From NCBI GenBank assembly GCA_963749915.1, contig CAVVOP010000022.1:64001-128000 (forward strand): a stretch of DNA of 64,000 nucleotides. The letters are read 5' to 3'. Shown piece after piece: positions 63,708 to 64,000 of the stretch; within the stretch, counting starts at the first letter, position 1; each line of letters starts with the position of its first letter. The notes beneath the pieces are model-generated. The model saw nothing but the letters and a program-made list of their open reading frames with translations, was not told the DNA's origin and did no database searches. The position numbers and the translations under genes were made by a program. This DNA comes from an uncultured cyanobacterium. GTDB taxonomy: Bacteria; Cyanobacteriota; Cyanobacteriia; Cyanobacteriales; Cyanobacteriaceae.

Positions 63708-64000
63708 ATGAATAAGGCAACACTGAGATTATTTAATGCCATCGAGGTTAACAACAAAGACAATAAAAATATTCCTCAATCCATTTTGGCTAGAACAATT
63801 CAAAATGGTTATATTCTTGATTCAGCAATTGAGCCAGAGGAAGAATTGCTAGATCTAATCGAAAGTGTTGTTGGTATTGCTGGAATCAAAGCTAATTCTG
63901 CGTTTCATAAATCTTGGGCGGTAGTTCAAGATTCTTGGATGGAATCACTGGTTATTCAACAAATTATTCACTACATTACAACCTATGGATTTGAGAGTTT
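63708..64000 (+). CDS. Hypothetical protein, N-terminal part (runs off window)
   Basis: Open frame from ATG 63708: MNKATLRLFNAIEV...ANSAFHKSWAVVQDSWMESLVIQQIIHYITTYGFES. Confidence 0.8.
   Translation, partial: MNKATLRLFNAIEVNNKDNKNIPQSILARTIQNGYILDSAIEPEEELLDLIESVVGIAGIKANSAFHKSWAVVQDSWMESLVIQQIIHYITTYGFES

Overview
AT-rich cyanobacterial chromosome segment. Frequent HIP1 GCGATCGC octamers, psbQ, bciB and the gene style suggest a unicellular Cyanobacterium/Geminocystis-like organism; that assignment is inference. Positions 1-52 kb are mostly housekeeping: rimO-crhR, cax, A-adding tRNA nucleotidyltransferase, bciB, pepP, wza/wzc, rpmI-rplT, tyrS, murT, psbQ, a sucrose spp-frk-ams cluster, obgE, spkB, fcl, mrp, inrS, mnmA, carA, lepB, a DICT-GAF kinase and yvcK. 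Scattered among them are heptamer repeats, a ~110-bp MITE (two full copies and one end, one copy splitting a four-helix-bundle gene) and a GC-richer orphan gene. Positions 52.5-63.2 kb form an accessory locus: frameshifted TpsB, a sigma-like protein, DUF1822, CHAT-CHASE2, DUF928, Uma2 and an exported TPR-CHAT protease with a premature stop. It reads like a partly decayed proteolytic signalling module. The most unusual element is at the right edge. A palindrome-overlapped promoter precedes a 111-nt tRNA-like RNA with perfect acceptor, D and T arms but a ~39-nt structured insertion in the anticodon arm. It is followed by a second structured RNA and an unannotated ORF that runs off the window. 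This could be a tRNA-mimic ncRNA/protein system, possibly Y-RNA/Ro-like. All calls come from reading the sequence; no database searches were run.
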